The notes under the pieces are model-generated. The model did no database searches. It was not told where the DNA came from and saw only the letters and a program-made list of their open reading frames with translations. A DNA stretch of 50,301 bases from the NCBI GenBank assembly GCA_032718475.1, contig JAUCBJ010000076.1:1-50301 (forward strand), written 5' to 3'. The DNA is from Nemertoderma westbladi. Its lineage: Eukaryota > Animalia > Xenacoelomorpha. This document shows positions 11,560 to 26,372 of this stretch, one piece after another; position 1 is the stretch's first letter; each line of letters starts with the position of its first letter. The position numbers were made by a program, and so were the translations under genes.

Positions 11560-11675
11560 TACTGTATCTCTTCGAATAAGAGCCCACCCCCTCGAATAAA
11601 CGCTCCCTGACCATCCTCATCCAAACATCTTAATTAAACGCCTTCCTCGAATAAACGCCACGGCGTTTATCAATA
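11560..11675. mobile_element. Short Tc1/mariner (Tc2/pogo-like) MITE remnant
   Basis: TA+CTGTATCTCTTCGAATAAGAGCCC terminus, repeated TCGAATAAACGC boxes and the hairpin ATAAACGCC-AC-GGCGTTTAT (11651-11670). The right end is degraded. Confidence 0.45.
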
Positions 11676-12239
11676 TGTATTTCACCATGGACTGGAATAT
11701 AAGGTCAAAAAATGCCCCCCCCCCCCCCCCCCCCAACAATAAAAAAAATTCGACAAATCTTCAGTGATAATTAGTGATTAATTTTTTTTTTGTTTTCTTA
11801 CATTTTTATACTGTACATCTGTAATAATTTAAAATCCAATTACAGTAGTTAGCATATTGATGTAATTATAATTAAAGCGCAACATCTTTACTTTCAAGAA
11901 CATATGTAATAATGTTATAATTTTTTAATAAAAGTAGGTAAGGCAGACAGGTTATTATCACCTTCGCTAAGATAAAGGATCGTAAAGTTGCCATTTTAAA
12001 TATTCAATTTTTGCGCTTCTTATTGTTAACGGGAGGGGGGGTGGTGGGTGGGGGGCGGCTTAACAAAAGTTTACACAAACGGAAAGTTTACACTCAATTG
12101 CATCCCTTTTTAGGGGTCAATTTGTTTGGCTAAAACGTTTATCACATAAATGAGACAGTTGCGTTAATTCTATACTCGATACTTCATTTTCTTTTTACAG
12201 TTTAATATTTTTATGGTTTTGATCGAGACAGGGGGGGAT

Positions 12240-12922
12240 AGTTCTTTTTAAAGAACACAAGTGAACACACAAGAACACACCCGAACACTCTACAAAAACT
12301 GCCGAACACAATCGAACACAGTCGAAAATAGACAGAGCACAAAAAATTAATACCGGGTACCAACTTTTAGATAAAATTAGCCACGCGTATTAGCTAATAG
12401 GCCTGTTTGCCTGTGTACTGGAATAGCTTGGTCTGGGAATGATTGCTGAGGATATGAATTAGGAAATTACTGTAGGCCCGTTACCGTACGTACTGAACAC
12501 AACGTACGGTACAACATAGGTACCGGTACTTACCTGCCTTCTACTGCACTGGAATATAAAGAGCTGGGTCCCGGTTATGTGCCTACCCTGACAGGTACCG
12601 GTAGGGATCTCTGTCCCGGTGCTAACCACACTTAACTTAAGGCTACTACGTTGTTAAATTATTATTAGTTGTCGGTTTACTGTAGGCTAGGCCTGATCTG
12701 ACAAGAAATGAATATTTAATTTCGCGACAATTTTATTCAATAATTTCGGGAATTTTCTCATAGAAAAGCAACGCGTGGCTAATTTTATCTAAAAGTTGGT
12801 ACCCGGTGTTATTTTTTTGTGCTCTTTATATTTTCGACTGTGTTCGATTGTGTTCGGCAGTTTTTGGAGTGTGTTCGGGTGTGTTCTACTGTGTTCGCTT
12901 GTGTTCTGTAAAAAGGGAAACT
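12240..12922. mobile_element. Foldback/MITE element with ~150-bp inverted arms
   Basis: 12240-12388 is the near reverse complement of 12771-12922. The arms carry tandem GAACAC boxes and enclose a ~380-bp non-coding spacer. No clear TSD. Confidence 0.85.
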
Positions 12923-13377
12923 GGACGCCGTTAAATTCTCAATTTAGGGAAAGGAGCAGGTTACAGTGGCACGTTATTCCAACCAAAACAATAAACAAAA
13001 GTTAATACAATAGGTTACAGTTTTATTTTTAGAGATAATCATCTGTTATTTGCGTCGAATTTCCCCTGGAAAGGGATGAATTTTGTTTGCGTCGAAAGTC
13101 CCCCTCCCCCTCCCCCTATCTGTTTTGATCGTAATTAACTCTAGTAATGAATCAACCAGTAAATTTTGGATGGAGTGTTTTTAAGAAAGAGGCAGCACTC
13201 TTCCACAGCTTGTTGCATCCTGGTACAACGTACCAATTTACAAAGAAACGAAGCGTGATGGTAATTACATAATAAATGTTAAGTAGATGGGGTATAGAAT
13301 GAAATCCTGACAGTAATATTAAATATCCCGCCCAAATGTTTCAAGTAAAATATATTTTGTAGTCAAAAAATAATTAC

Positions 13378-16300
13378 TGCGAGCTAAAAATACTCACGGG
13401 CTAAGGAGACTCGTGGGCTAAGAATACCCACTGTGTGCGGGCTAAGAATACTCGTGGGCTAAGAATACCCACTCCGTGCGGGCTAAGAATACTCGTGGGC
13501 TAAGAATACCCACTGTGTGCGGGATAAGAATACTCACGGGCTAAGAATATCCACTCCGTGCGGGCTAAGAATACTCGCGGGCTAAGAATACCCACTGTGT
13601 GCGGGCTAAGAATACTCGTGGGCTAAGAATACCCACTGTGTGCGGGCTAAGAATACTCGTGGGCTAAGAATACCCACTGTGTGCGGGCAAAGAATACTCG
13701 TGGTCTAAGAATACCCACTGTGTGCGGGATAAGAATACTCACGGGCTAAGAATATCCACTCCGTGCGGGCTAAGAATACTCGCGGGCTAAGAATACCCAC
13801 TGTGTGCGGGCTAAGAATACTCGCGGGCTAAGAATACCCACTGTGTGCGGGATAAGAATACTCACGGGCTAAGAATATCCACTCCGTGCGGGCTAAGAAT
13901 ACTCGCGGGCTAAGAATACCCACTGTGTGCGGGCAAAGAATACTCGTGGGCTAAGAATACCCACTGTGTGCGGGCTAAGAATACTCGTGGGCTAAGAATA
14001 CCCACTGTGTGCGGGCAAAGAATACTCGTGGTCTAAGAATACCCACTGTGTGCGGGATAAGAATACTCGCGGGCTAAGAATACCCACTGTGTGCGGGCTA
14101 AGAATACTCGCGGGCTAAGAATACCCACTGTGTGCGGGCTAAGAATACTCGTGGGCTAAGAATATCCACTCCGTGCGGGCTAAGAATACTCGCGGGCTAA
14201 GAATACCCACTGTGTGCGGGCAAAGAATACTCGTGGGCTAAGAATACCCACTCTGTGCGGGCTAAGAATACTCACGGGCTAAGAATATCCACTCCGTGCG
14301 GGCTAAGAATACTCGCGGGCTAAGAATACCCACTGTGTGCGGGCTAAGAATACTCGCGGGCTAAGAATACCCACTGTGTGCGGGCTAAGAATACTCGTGG
14401 TCTAAGAATACCCACTGTGTGCGGGCTAAGAATACTCGTGGGCTAAGAATACCCACTGTGTGCGGGCAAAGAATACTCGTGGTCTAAGAATACCCACTGT
14501 GTGCGGGATAAGAATACTCACGGGCTAAGAATATCCACTCCGTGCGGGCTAAGAATACTCGCGGGCTAAGAATACCCACTGTGTGCGGGCTAAGAATACT
14601 CGTGGGCTAAGAATACCCACTGTGTGCGGGCAAAGAATACTCGTGGGCTAAGAATACCCACTGGGTGCGGGCTAAGAATACTCGTGGGCTAAGAATATCC
14701 ACTCCGTGCGGGCTAAGAATACTCGTGGTCTAAGAATACCCACTGTGTGCGGGATAAGAATACTCACGGGCTAAGAATATCCACTCCGTGCGGGCTAAGA
14801 ATACTCGCGGGCTAAGAATACCCACTGTGTGCGGGCTAAGAATACTCGTGGGCTAAGAATACCCACTGTGTGCGGGCTAAGAATACTCGTGGGCTAAGAA
14901 TACCCACTGTGTGCGGGCAAAGAATACTCGTGGTCTAAGAATACCCACTGTGTGCGGGATAAGAATACTCGCGGGCTAAGAATACCCACTGTGTGCGGGC
15001 AAAGAATACTCGTGGGCTAAGAATACCCACTGTGTGCGGGCTAAGAATACTCGTGGGCTAAGAATACCCACTGTGTGCGGGCTAAGAATACTCGTGGGCT
15101 AAGAATACCCACTGTGTGCGGGCAAAGAATACTCGTGGGCTAAGAATACCCACTGTGTGCGGGCTAAGAATACTCGTGGGCTAAGAATATCCACTGTGTG
15201 CGGGCTAAGAATACCCACTGTGTGCGGGCAAAGAATACTCGTGGGCTAAGAATACCCACTGTGTGCGGGCTAAGAATACTCGTGGGCTAAGAATACCCAC
15301 TGTGTGCGGGCTAAGAATACTCGTGGGCTAAGAATACCCACTGTGTGCGGGCAAAGAATACTCGCGGGCTAAGAATACCCACTGTGTGCGGGCTAAGAAT
15401 ACTCGTGGTCTAAGAATACCCACTGTGTGCGGGATAAGAATACTCGCGGGCTAAGAATATCCACTCCGTGCGGGCAAAGAATACTCGCGGGCTAAGAATA
15501 CCCACTGTGTGCGGGCAAAGAATACTCGTGGTCTAAGAATACCCACTGTGTGCGGGATAAGAATATCCACTCCGTGCGGGCTAAGAATACTCGCGGGCTA
15601 AGAATACCCACTGTGTGCGGGCTAAGAATACTCGTGGGCTAAGAATACCCACTGTGTGCGGGCAAAGAATACTCGCGGGCTAAGAATACCCACTGTGTGC
15701 GGGCAAAGAATACTCGTGGGCTAAGAATACCCACTGTGTGCGGGCTAAGAATACTCGTGGGCTAAGAATACCCACTGTGTGCGGGCAAAGAATACTCGTG
15801 GGCTAAGAATACCCACTGTGTGCGGGCTAAGAATATCCACTCCGTGCGGGCTAAGAATACTCGCGGGCTAAGAATACCCACTGTGTGCGGGCTAAGAATA
15901 CTCGTGGGCTAAGAATACCCACTGTGTGCGGGCAAAGAATACTCGTGGGCTAAGAATACCCACTGGGTGCGGGCTAAGAATACTCGTGGGCTAAGAATAT
16001 CCACTCCGTGCGGGCTAAGAATACTCGTGGTCTAAGAATACCCACTGTGTGCGGGATAAGAATACTCACGGGCTAAGAATATCCACTCCGTGCGGGCTAA
16101 GAATACTCGCGGGCTAAGAATACCCACTGTGTGCGGGCTAAGAATACTCGTGGGCTAAGAATACCCACTGTGTGCGGGCTAAGAATACTCGTGGGCCAAG
16201 AATACCCACTGTGTGCGGGCTAAGAATACTCGTGGGCTAAGAATACCCACTCCGTGCGGGCTAAGAATACCCACTGTGTGCGGGCTAAGAATACTCGTGG

Positions 16301-19300
16301 GCTAAGAATACCCACTGTGTGCGGGCTAAGAATACTCGTGGGCTAAAAATATCCACTCCGTGCGGGCTAAGAATACTCGCGGGCTAAGAATACCCACTGT
16401 GTGCGGGCTAAGAATACTCGTGGGCTAAGAATACCCACTGTGTGCGGGCAAAGAATACTCGTGGGCTAAGAATACCCACTGTGTGCGGGCTAAGAATACC
16501 CACTCCGTGCGGGCTAAGAATACCCACTCCGTGCGGGCTAAGAATACCCACTGTGTGCGGGCTAAGAATACTCGTGGGCTAAGAATACCCACTGTGTGCG
16601 GGCAAAGAATACTCGTGGGCTAAGAATACCCACTGTGTGCGGGCTAAGAATACCCACTCCGTGCGGGCTAAGAATACCCACTGTGTGCGGGCTAAGAATA
16701 CCCACTCCGTGCGGGCTAAGAATACCCACTCCGTGCGGGCTAAGAATACCCACTGTGTGCGGGCTAAGAATACTCGTGGGCTAAGAATACCCACTGTGTG
16801 CGGGCTAAGAATACTCGTGGGCTAAGAATACCCACTGTGTGCGGGCAAAGAATACTCGTGGGCTAAGAATACCCACTGTGTGCGGGCTAAGAATACTCGT
16901 GGGCTAAGAATACCCACTGTGTGCGGGCAAAGAATACTCGTGGGCTAAGAATACCCACTGTGTGCGGGCTAAGAATACTCGTGGGCTAAGAATACCCACT
17001 GTGTGCGGGCTAAGAATACTCGTGGGCTAAGAATACCCACTGTGTGCGGGCTAAGAATACTCGCGGGCTAAGAATACCCACTGTGTGCGGGCTAAGAATA
17101 CTCGTGGGCTAAGAATACCCACTGTGTGCGGGCAAAGAATACTCGTGGGCTAAGAATACCCACTGTGTGCGGGCTAAGAATACTCGTGGGCTAAGAATAC
17201 CCACTGTGTGCGGGCTAAGAATACTCGTGGGCTAAGAATACCCACTGTGTGCGGGCTAAGAATACTCGTGGGCTAAGAATACCCACTGTGTGCGGGCTAA
17301 GAATACTCGTGGGCTAAGAATACCCACTGTGTGCGGGCAAAGAATACTCGCGGGCTAAGAATACCCACTGTGTGCGGGCAAAGAATACTCGTGGGCTAAG
17401 AATACCCACTGTGTGCGGGCAAAGAATACTCGTGGTCTAAGAATACCCACTGTGTGCGGGATAAGAATACTCACGGGCTAAGAATATCCACTCCGTGCGG
17501 GCTAAGAATACTCGCGGGCTAAGAATACCCACTGTGTGCGGGCTAAGAATACTCGTGGGCTAAGAATACCCACTGTGTGCGGGCAAAGAATACTCGTGGG
17601 CTAAGAATACCCACTGGGTGCGGGCTAAGAATACTCGTGGGCTAAGAATATCCACTCCGTGCGGGCTAAGAATACTCGTGGTCTAAGAATACCCACTGTG
17701 TGCGGGATAAGAATACTCACGGGCTAAGAATATCCACTCCGTGCGGGCTAAGAATACTCGCGGGCTAAGAATACCCACTGTGTGCGGGCTAAGAATACTC
17801 GTGGGCTAAGAATACCCACTGTGTGCGGGCTAAGAATACTCGTGGGCTAAGAATACCCACTGTGTGCGGGCAAAGAATACTCGTGGTCTAAGAATACCCA
17901 CTGTGTGCGGGATAAGAATACTCGTGGGCTAAAAATATCCACTCCGTGCGGGCTAAGAATACTCGCGGGCTAAGAATACCCACTGTGTGCGGGCTAAGAA
18001 TACTCGTGGGCTAAGAATACCCACTGTGTGCGGGCAAAGAATACTCGCGGGCTAAGAATACCCACTGTGTGCGGGCAAAGAATACTCGTGGTCTAAGAAT
18101 ACCCACTGTGTGCGGGATAAGAATACTCGTGGGCTAAAAATATCCACTCCGTGCGGGCTAAGAATACTCGCGGGCTAAGAATACCCACTGTGTGCGGGCT
18201 AAGAATACTCGTGGGCTAAGAATACCCACTGTGTGCGGGCAAAGAATACTCGCGGGCTAAGAATACCCACTGTGTGCGGGCAAAGAATACTCGTGGGCTA
18301 AGAATACCCACTGTGTGCGGGCTAAGAATACTCGTGGTCTAAGAATACCCACTGTGTGCGGGATAAGAATACTCACGGGCTAAGAATATCCACTCCGTGC
18401 GGGCTAAGAATACTCGCGGGCTAAGAATACCCACTGTGTGCGGGCTAAGAATACTCGTGGGCTAAGAATACCCACTGTGTGCGGGCTAAGAATACTCGTG
18501 GGCTAAGAATACCCACTGTGTGCGGGCAAAGAATACTCGTGGTCTAAGAATACCCACTGGGTGCGGGCTAAGAATACTCGTGGGCTAAGAATACCCACTG
18601 TGTGCGGGCTAAGAATACTCGTGGGCTAAGAATACCCACTGTGTGCGGGCAAAGAATACTCGTGGTCTAAGAATACCCACTCCGTGCGGGCTAAGAATAC
18701 TCGTGGTCTAAGAATACCCACTGTGTGCGGGATAAGAATACTCGTGGGCTAAAAATATCCACTCCGTGCGGGCTAAGAATACTCGCGGGCTAAGAATACC
18801 CACTGTGTGCGGGCTAAGAATACTCGTGGGCTAAGAATACCCACTGTGTGCGGGCTAAGAATACTCGCGGGCTAAGAATACCCACTGTGTGCGGGCAAAG
18901 AATACTCGTGGGCTAAGAATATCCACTCCGTGCGGGCAAAGAATACTCGTGGTCTAAGAATACCCACTGTGTGCGGGCTAAGAATACTCGTGGTCTAAGA
19001 ATATCCACTGTGTGCGGGATAAGAATACCCACTGGGTGCGGGCTAAGAATACTCGCGGGCTAAGAATACCCACTGTGTGCGGGCTAAGAATACTCGTGGG
19101 CTAAGAATACCCACTGTGTGCGGGCTAAGAATACTCGTGGTCTAAGAATATCCACTGTGTGCGGGATAAGAATACCCACTGGGTGCGGGCTAAGAATACT
19201 CGTGGTCTAAGAATATCCACTGTGTGCGGGATAAGAATACCCACTGGGTGCGGGCTAAGAATACTCGCGGGCTAAGAATACCCACTGTGTGCGGGCTAAG

Positions 19301-22300
19301 AATACTCGCGGGCTAAGAATACCCACTGTGTGCGGGCAAAGAATACTCGCGGGCTAAGAATACCCACTGTGTGCGGGCAAAGAATACTCGTGGGCTAAGA
19401 ATACCCACTGGGTGCGGGCTAAGAATACTCGTGGGCTAAGAATATCCACTCCGTGCGGGCTAAGAATACTCGTGGTCTAAGAATACCCACTGTGTGCGGG
19501 ATAAGAATACTCACGGGCTAAGAATATCCACTCCGTGCGGGCTAAGAATACTCGCGGGCTAAGAATACCCACTGTGTGCGGGCTAAGAATACTCGTGGGC
19601 TAAGAATACCCACTGTGTGCGGGCTAAGAATACTCGTGGGCTAAGAATACCCACTGTGTGCGGGCTAAGAATACTCGTGGGCTAAGAATACCCACTCAGT
19701 GCGGGCTAAGAATACCCACTGTGTGCGGGCTAAGAATACTCGTGGGCTAAGAATACCCACTGTGTGCGGGCTAAGAATACTCGTGGGCTAAGAATATCCA
19801 CTCCGTGCGGGCTAAGAATACTCGCGGGCTAAGAATACCCACTGTGTGCGGGCTAAGAATACTCGTGGGCTAAGAATACCCACTGTGTGCGGGCAAAGAA
19901 TACTCGTGGGCTAAGAATACCCACTGTGTGCGGGCTAAGAATACTCGTGGGCTAAGAATACCCACTGTGTGCGGGCTAAGAATACTCGTGGGCTAAGAAT
20001 ACCCACTGTGTGCGGGCAAAGAATACTCGTGGGCTAAGAATACCCACTGTGTGCGGGCTAAGAATACTCGTGGGCTAAGAATACCCACTGTGTGCGGGCT
20101 AAGAATACTCGTGGGCTAAGAATACCCACTGTGTGCGGGCTAAGAATACTCGTGGGCTAAGAATACCCACTGTGTGCGGGCTAAGAATACTCGCGGGCTA
20201 AGAATACCCACTGTGTGCGGGCTAAGAATACTCGTGGGCTAAGAATACCCACTGTGTGCGGGCAAAGAATACTCGTGGGCTAAGAATACCCACTGTGTGC
20301 GGGCAAAGAATACTCGTGGGCTAAGAATACCCACTGTGTGCGGGCTAAGAATACTCGTGGTCTAAGAATACCCACTGTGTGCGGGCTAAGAATACTCGCG
20401 GGCTAAGAATACCCACTGTGTGCGGGCAAAGAATACTCGCGGTCTAAGAATACCCACTGTGTGCGGGCTAAGAATACTCGTGGGCTAAGAATACCCACTG
20501 TGTGCGGGCAAAGAATACTCGTGGTCTAAGAATACCCACTGTGTGCGGGCTAAGAATACCCACTGTGTGCGGGCTAAGAATACTCGCGGGCTAAGAATAC
20601 CCACTGTGTGCGGGCAAAGAATACTCGCGGTCTAAGAATACCCACTGTGTGCGGGCTAAGAATACTCGTGGGCTAAGAATACCCACTGTGTGCGGGCAAA
20701 GAATACTCGTGGTCTAAGAATACCCACTGTGTGCGGGATAAGAATACTCACGGGCTAAGAATATCCACTCCGTGCGGGCTAAGAATACTCGCGGGCTAAG
20801 AATACCCACTGTGTGCGGGCTAAGAATACTCGTGGGCTAAGAATACCCACTGTGTGCGGGCAAAGAATACTCGTGGGCTAAGAATACCCACTGGGTGCGG
20901 GCTAAGAATACTCGTGGGCTAAGAATATCCACTCCGTGCGGGCTAAGAATACTCGTGGTCTAAGAATACCCACTGTGTGCGGGATAAGAATACTCACGGG
21001 CTAAGAATATCCACTCCGTGCGGGCTAAGAATACTCGCGGGCTAAGAATACCCACTGTGTGCGGGCTAAGAATACTCGCGGGCTAAGAATACCCACTGTG
21101 TGCGGGCTAAGAATACTCGTGGGCTAAGAATACCCACTGTGTGCGGGCAAAGAATACTCGAGGTCTAAGAATACCCACTGTGTGCGGGATAAGAATACTC
21201 GTGGGCTAAAAATATCCACTCCGTGCGGGCTAAGAATACTCGCGGGCTAAGAATACCCACTGTGTGCGGGCTAAGAATACTCGTGGGCTAAGAATACCCA
21301 CTGTGTGCGGGCAAAGAATACTCGCGGGCTAAGAATACCCACTGTGTGCGGGCAAAGAATACTCGTGGGCTAAGAATACCCACTGTGTGCGGGCTAAGAA
21401 TACTCGTGGGCTAAGAATACCCACTGTGTGCGGGCAAAGAATACTCGCGGGCTAAGAATACCCACTGTGTGCGGGCAAAGAATACTCGTGGGCTAAGAAT
21501 ATCCACTCCGTGCGGGCAAAGAATACTCGTGGTCTAAGAATATCCACTGTGTGCGGGCTAAGAATACTCGTGGTCTAAGAATACCCACTGTGTGCGGGCT
21601 AAGAATACTCGTGGTCTAAGAATATCCACTGTGTGCGGGATAAGAATACCCACTGGGTGCGGGCTAAGAATACTCGTGGTCTAAGAATATCCACTGTGTG
21701 CGGGATAAGAATACCCACTGGGTGCGGGCTAAGAATACTCGCGGGCTAAGAATACCCACTGTGTGCGGGCTAAGAATACTCGTGGGCTAAGAATACCCAC
21801 TGTGTGCGGGCTAAGAATACTCGTGGTCTAAGAATATCCACTGTGTGCGGGATAAGAATACCCACTGGGTGCGGGCTAAGAATACTCGTGGTCTAAGAAT
21901 ATCCACTGTGTGCGGGATAAGAATACCCACTGGGTGCGGGCTAAGAATACTCGCGGGCTAAGAATACCCACTGTGTGCGGGCTAAGAATACTCGCGGGCT
22001 AAGAATACCCACTGTGTGCGGGCAAAGAATACTCGCGGGCTAAGAATACCCACTGTGTGCGGGCAAAGAATACTCGCGGGCTAAGAATACCCACTGTGTG
22101 CGGGATAAGAATACTCGTGGGCTAAGAATACCCACTGTGTGCGGGCTAAGAATACCCACTGGGTGCGGGCTAAGAATACTCGCGGGCTAAGAATACCCAC
22201 TGTGTGCGGGCTAAGAATACTCGTGGGCTAAGAATACCCACTGTGTGCGGGCTAAGAATACTCGTGGGCTAAGAATACCCACTGTGTGCGGGCAAAGAAT

Positions 22301-25300
22301 ACTCGTGGGCTAAGAATACCCACTGTGTGCGGGCTAAGAATACTCGTGGGCTAAGAATACCCACTGTGTGCGGGCTAAGAATACTCGTGGGCTAAGAATA
22401 CCCACTGTGTGCGGGCAAAGAATACTCGTGGGCTAAGAATACCCACTGTGTGCGGGCTAAGAATACTCGTGGTCTAAGAATACCCACTGTGTGCGGGCTA
22501 AGAATACTCGTGGTCTAAGAATATCCACTGTGTGCGGGATAAGAATACCCACTGGGTGCGGGCTAAGAATACTCGCGGGCTAAGAATACCCACTGTGTGC
22601 GGGCTAAGAATACTCGCGGGCTAAGAATACCCACTGTGTGCGGGCAAAGAATACTCGCGGGCTAAGAATACCCACTGTGTGCGGGCAAAGAATACTCGCG
22701 GGCTAAGAATACCCACTGTGTGCGGGATAAGAATACTCGTGGGCTAAGAATACCCACTGTGTGCGGGCTAAGAATACCCACTGGGTGCGGGCTAAGAATA
22801 CTCGCGGGCTAAGAATACCCACTGTGTGCGGGCTAAGAATACTCGTGGGCTAAGAATACCCACTGTGTGCGGGCTAAGAATACTCGTGGGCTAAGAATAC
22901 CCACTGTGTGCGGGCAAAGAATACTCGTGGGCTAAGAATACCCACTGTGTGCGGGCTAAGAATACTCGTGGGCTAAGAATACCCACTGTGTGCGGGCTAA
23001 GAATACTCGTGGGCTAAGAATACCCACTGTGTGCGGGCAAAGAATACTCGCGGGCTAAGAATACCCACTGTGTGCGGGCTAAGAATACTCGTGGGCTAAG
23101 AATACCCACTGTGTGCGGGCAAAGAATACTCGCGGGCTAAGAATACCCACTGTGTGCGGGCTAAGAATACTCGTGGGCTAAGAATACCCACTGTGTGCGG
23201 GCAAAGAATACTCGTGGGCTAAGAATACCCACTGTGTGCGGGCTAAGAATACTCGTGGGCTAAGAATATCCACTCCGTGCGGGATAAGAATACTCACGGG
23301 CTAAGAATATCCACTCCGTGCGGGCAAAGAATACTCGCGGGCTAAGAATACCCACTGTGTGCGGGCTAAGAATACTCGCGGGCTAAGAATACCCACTGTG
23401 TGCGGGATAAGAATACTCGTGGTCTAAGAATACCCACTGTGTGCGGGCTAAGAATACTCGTGGGCTAAGAATACCCACTGTGTGTGGGCTAAGAATATCC
23501 ACTCCGTGCGGGCTAAGAATACTCGTGGGCTAAGAATACCCACTGTGTGCGGGATAAGAATACTCGTGGGCTAAGAATACCCACTCCGTGCGGGCTAAGA
23601 ATACTCGTGGGCTAAGAATACCCACTGTGTGCGGGATAAGAATACTCGTGGGCTAAGAATACCCACTCCGTGCGGGCTAAGAATACTCGTGGGCTAAGAA
23701 TACCCACTGTGTGCGGGCAAAGAATACTCGCGGGCTAAGAATACCCACTGTGTGCGGGCTAAGAATACTCGTGGGCTAAGAATACCCACTGTGTGCGGGC
23801 AAAGAATACTCGTGGGCTAAGAATACCCACTGTGTGCGGGCAAAGAATACTCGTGGTCTAAGAATACCCACTGTGTGCGGGATAAGAATACTCACGGACT
23901 AAGAATACCCACTCCGTGCGGGCTAAGAATACTCGTGGGCTAAGAATACCCACTGTGTGCGGGCTAAGAATACTCGTGGTCTAAGAATACCCACTGTGTG
24001 CGGGATAAGAATACTCACGGGCTAAGAATATCCACTCCGTGCGGGCTAAGAATACTCGTGGGCTAAGAATACCCACTGTGTGCGGGCAAAGAATACTCGT
24101 GGTCTAAGAATACCCACTGTGTGCGGGATAAGAATACTCACGGGCTAAGAATATCCACTCCGTGCGGGCTAAGAATACTCGTGGGCTAAGAATACCCACT
24201 CCGTGCGGGCTAAGAATACTCGTGGGCTAAAAATACCCACTGTGTGCGGGATAAGAATACTCATGGGCTAAGAATATCCACTCCGTGCGGGCTAAGAATA
24301 CTCGCGGGCTAAGAATATCCACTCCGTGCGGGCTAAGAATACTCACGGGCTAAGAATATCCACTCCGTGCGGGCTAAGAATACTCGCGGGCTAAGAATAC
24401 CCACTGTGTGCGGGCTAAGAATACTCGTGGGCTAAGAATACCCACTGTGTGCGGGCTAAGAATACTCGTGGGCTAAGAATACCCACTGTGTGCGGGCAAA
24501 GAATACTCGTGGGCTAAGAATACCCACTGTGTGCGGGCTAAGAATACTCGTGGGCTAAGAATACCCACTGTGTGCGGGCAAAGAATACTCGTGGGCTAAG
24601 AATACCCACTGTGTGCGGGCTAAGAATACTCGTGGGCTAAGAATACCCACTGTGTGCGGGCTAAGAATACTCATGGGCTAAGAATATCCACTGTGTGCGG
24701 GCTAAGAATACTCGTGGGCTAAGAATACCCACTGTGTGCGGGCAAAGAATACTCGTGGGCTAAGAATACCCACTGTGTGCGGGCTAAGAATACTCGTGGG
24801 CTAAGAATACCCACTGTGTGCGGGCAAAGAATACTCGTGGGCTAAGAATACCCACTGTGTGCGGGCTAAGAATACTCGTGGGCTAAGAATACCCACTCCG
24901 TGCGGGCTAAGAATACTCGTGGGCTAAGAATACCCACTGTGTGCGGGATAAGAATACTCACGGGCTAAGAATATCCACTCCGTGCGGGCTAAGAATACTC
25001 GCGGGCTAAGAATACCCACTGTGTGCGGGCTAAGAATACTCGTGGGCTAAGAATACCCACTGTGTGCGGGCTAAGAATACTCGTGGGCTAAGAATACCCA
25101 CTGTGTGCGGGCAAATAATACTCGTGGTCTAAGAATACCCACTGTGTGCGGGCAAAGAATACTCGTGGGCTAAGAATACCCACTGTGTGCGGGCAAAGAA
25201 TACTCGTGGGCTAAGAATACCCACTGTGTGCGGGCTAAGAATACTCGTGGGCTAAGAATACCCACTCCGTGCGGGCTAAGAATACTCGCGGGCTAAGAAT

Positions 25301-26372
25301 ACCCACTGTGTGCGGGCTAAGAATACTCGTGGGCTAAGAATACCCACTGTGTGCGGGCAAAGAATACTCGTGGGCTAAGAATACCCACTGTGTGCGGGCT
25401 AAGAATATCCACTCCGTGCGGGCTAAGAATACCCACTGTGTGCGGGATAAGAATACTCACGGGCTAAGAATATCCACTCCGTGCGGGCTAAGAATACTCG
25501 TGGTCTAAGAATACCCACTGTGTGCGGGATAAGAATACTCACGGGCTAAGAATATCCACTCCGTGCGGGCTAAGAATACTCGCGGGCTAAGAATACCCAC
25601 TGTGTGCGGGCTAAGAATACTCGTGGTCTAAGAATACCCACTGTGTGCGGGATAAGAATACTCACGGGCTAAGAATATCCACTCCGTGCGGGCTAAGAAT
25701 ACTCGCGGGCTAAGAATACCCACTGTGTGCGGGCTAAGAATACTCGTGGTCTAAGAATACCCACTGTGTGCGGGATAAGAATACTCACGGGCTAAGAATA
25801 TCCACTCCGTGCGGGCTAAGAATACTCGCGGGCTAAGAATACCCACTGTGTGCGGGCTAAGAATACTCGTGGTCTAAGAATACCCACTGTGTGCGGGATA
25901 AGAATACTCACGGGCTAAGAATACCCACTGTGTGCGGGCTAAGAATACTCGTGGGCTAAGAATACCCACTGTGTGCGGGATAAGAATACTCACGGGCTAA
26001 GAATATCCACTCCGTGCGGGCTAAGAATACTCGTGGTCTAAGAATACCCACTGTGTGCGGGATAAGAATACTCACGGGCTAAGAATATCCACTCCGTGCG
26101 GGCTAAGAATACTCGCGGGCTAAGAATACCCACTGTGTGCGGGCAAAGAATACTCGTGGTCTAAGAATACCCACTGTGTGCGGGATAAGAATACTCACGG
26201 GCTAAGAATACCCACTGTGTGCGGGCAAAGAATACTCATGGGCTAAGAATACCCACTGTGTGCGGGCTAAGAATACCCACTCCGTGCGGGCTAAGAATAC
26301 TCGCAGATTTCGGGCTAAGAATACTCGCGGGCTAAGGATACTCACGGGTTAAGAATACCCGCGGGCTAAGAA
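13378..26372. repeat. 41-bp satellite, ~13 kb; dimer of 17-bp GGGCTAAGAATACTCGT and 24-bp GGGCTAAGAATACCCACTGTGTGC
   Basis: Continuous tandem array of roughly 315 units with recurrent variants (GGGCAAAG, GGTCTAAG, GGGATAAG, TATCCACTCCG, CTGGG). Confidence 0.99.

Noticed and set aside
13378-26372. CRISPR-like look (constant GGGCTAAGAATA with alternating inserts); also the 36-bp and 61-bp arrays
   Set aside because: The intervening sequences are repeated rather than unique spacers, there are no cas genes, and the context is eukaryotic.
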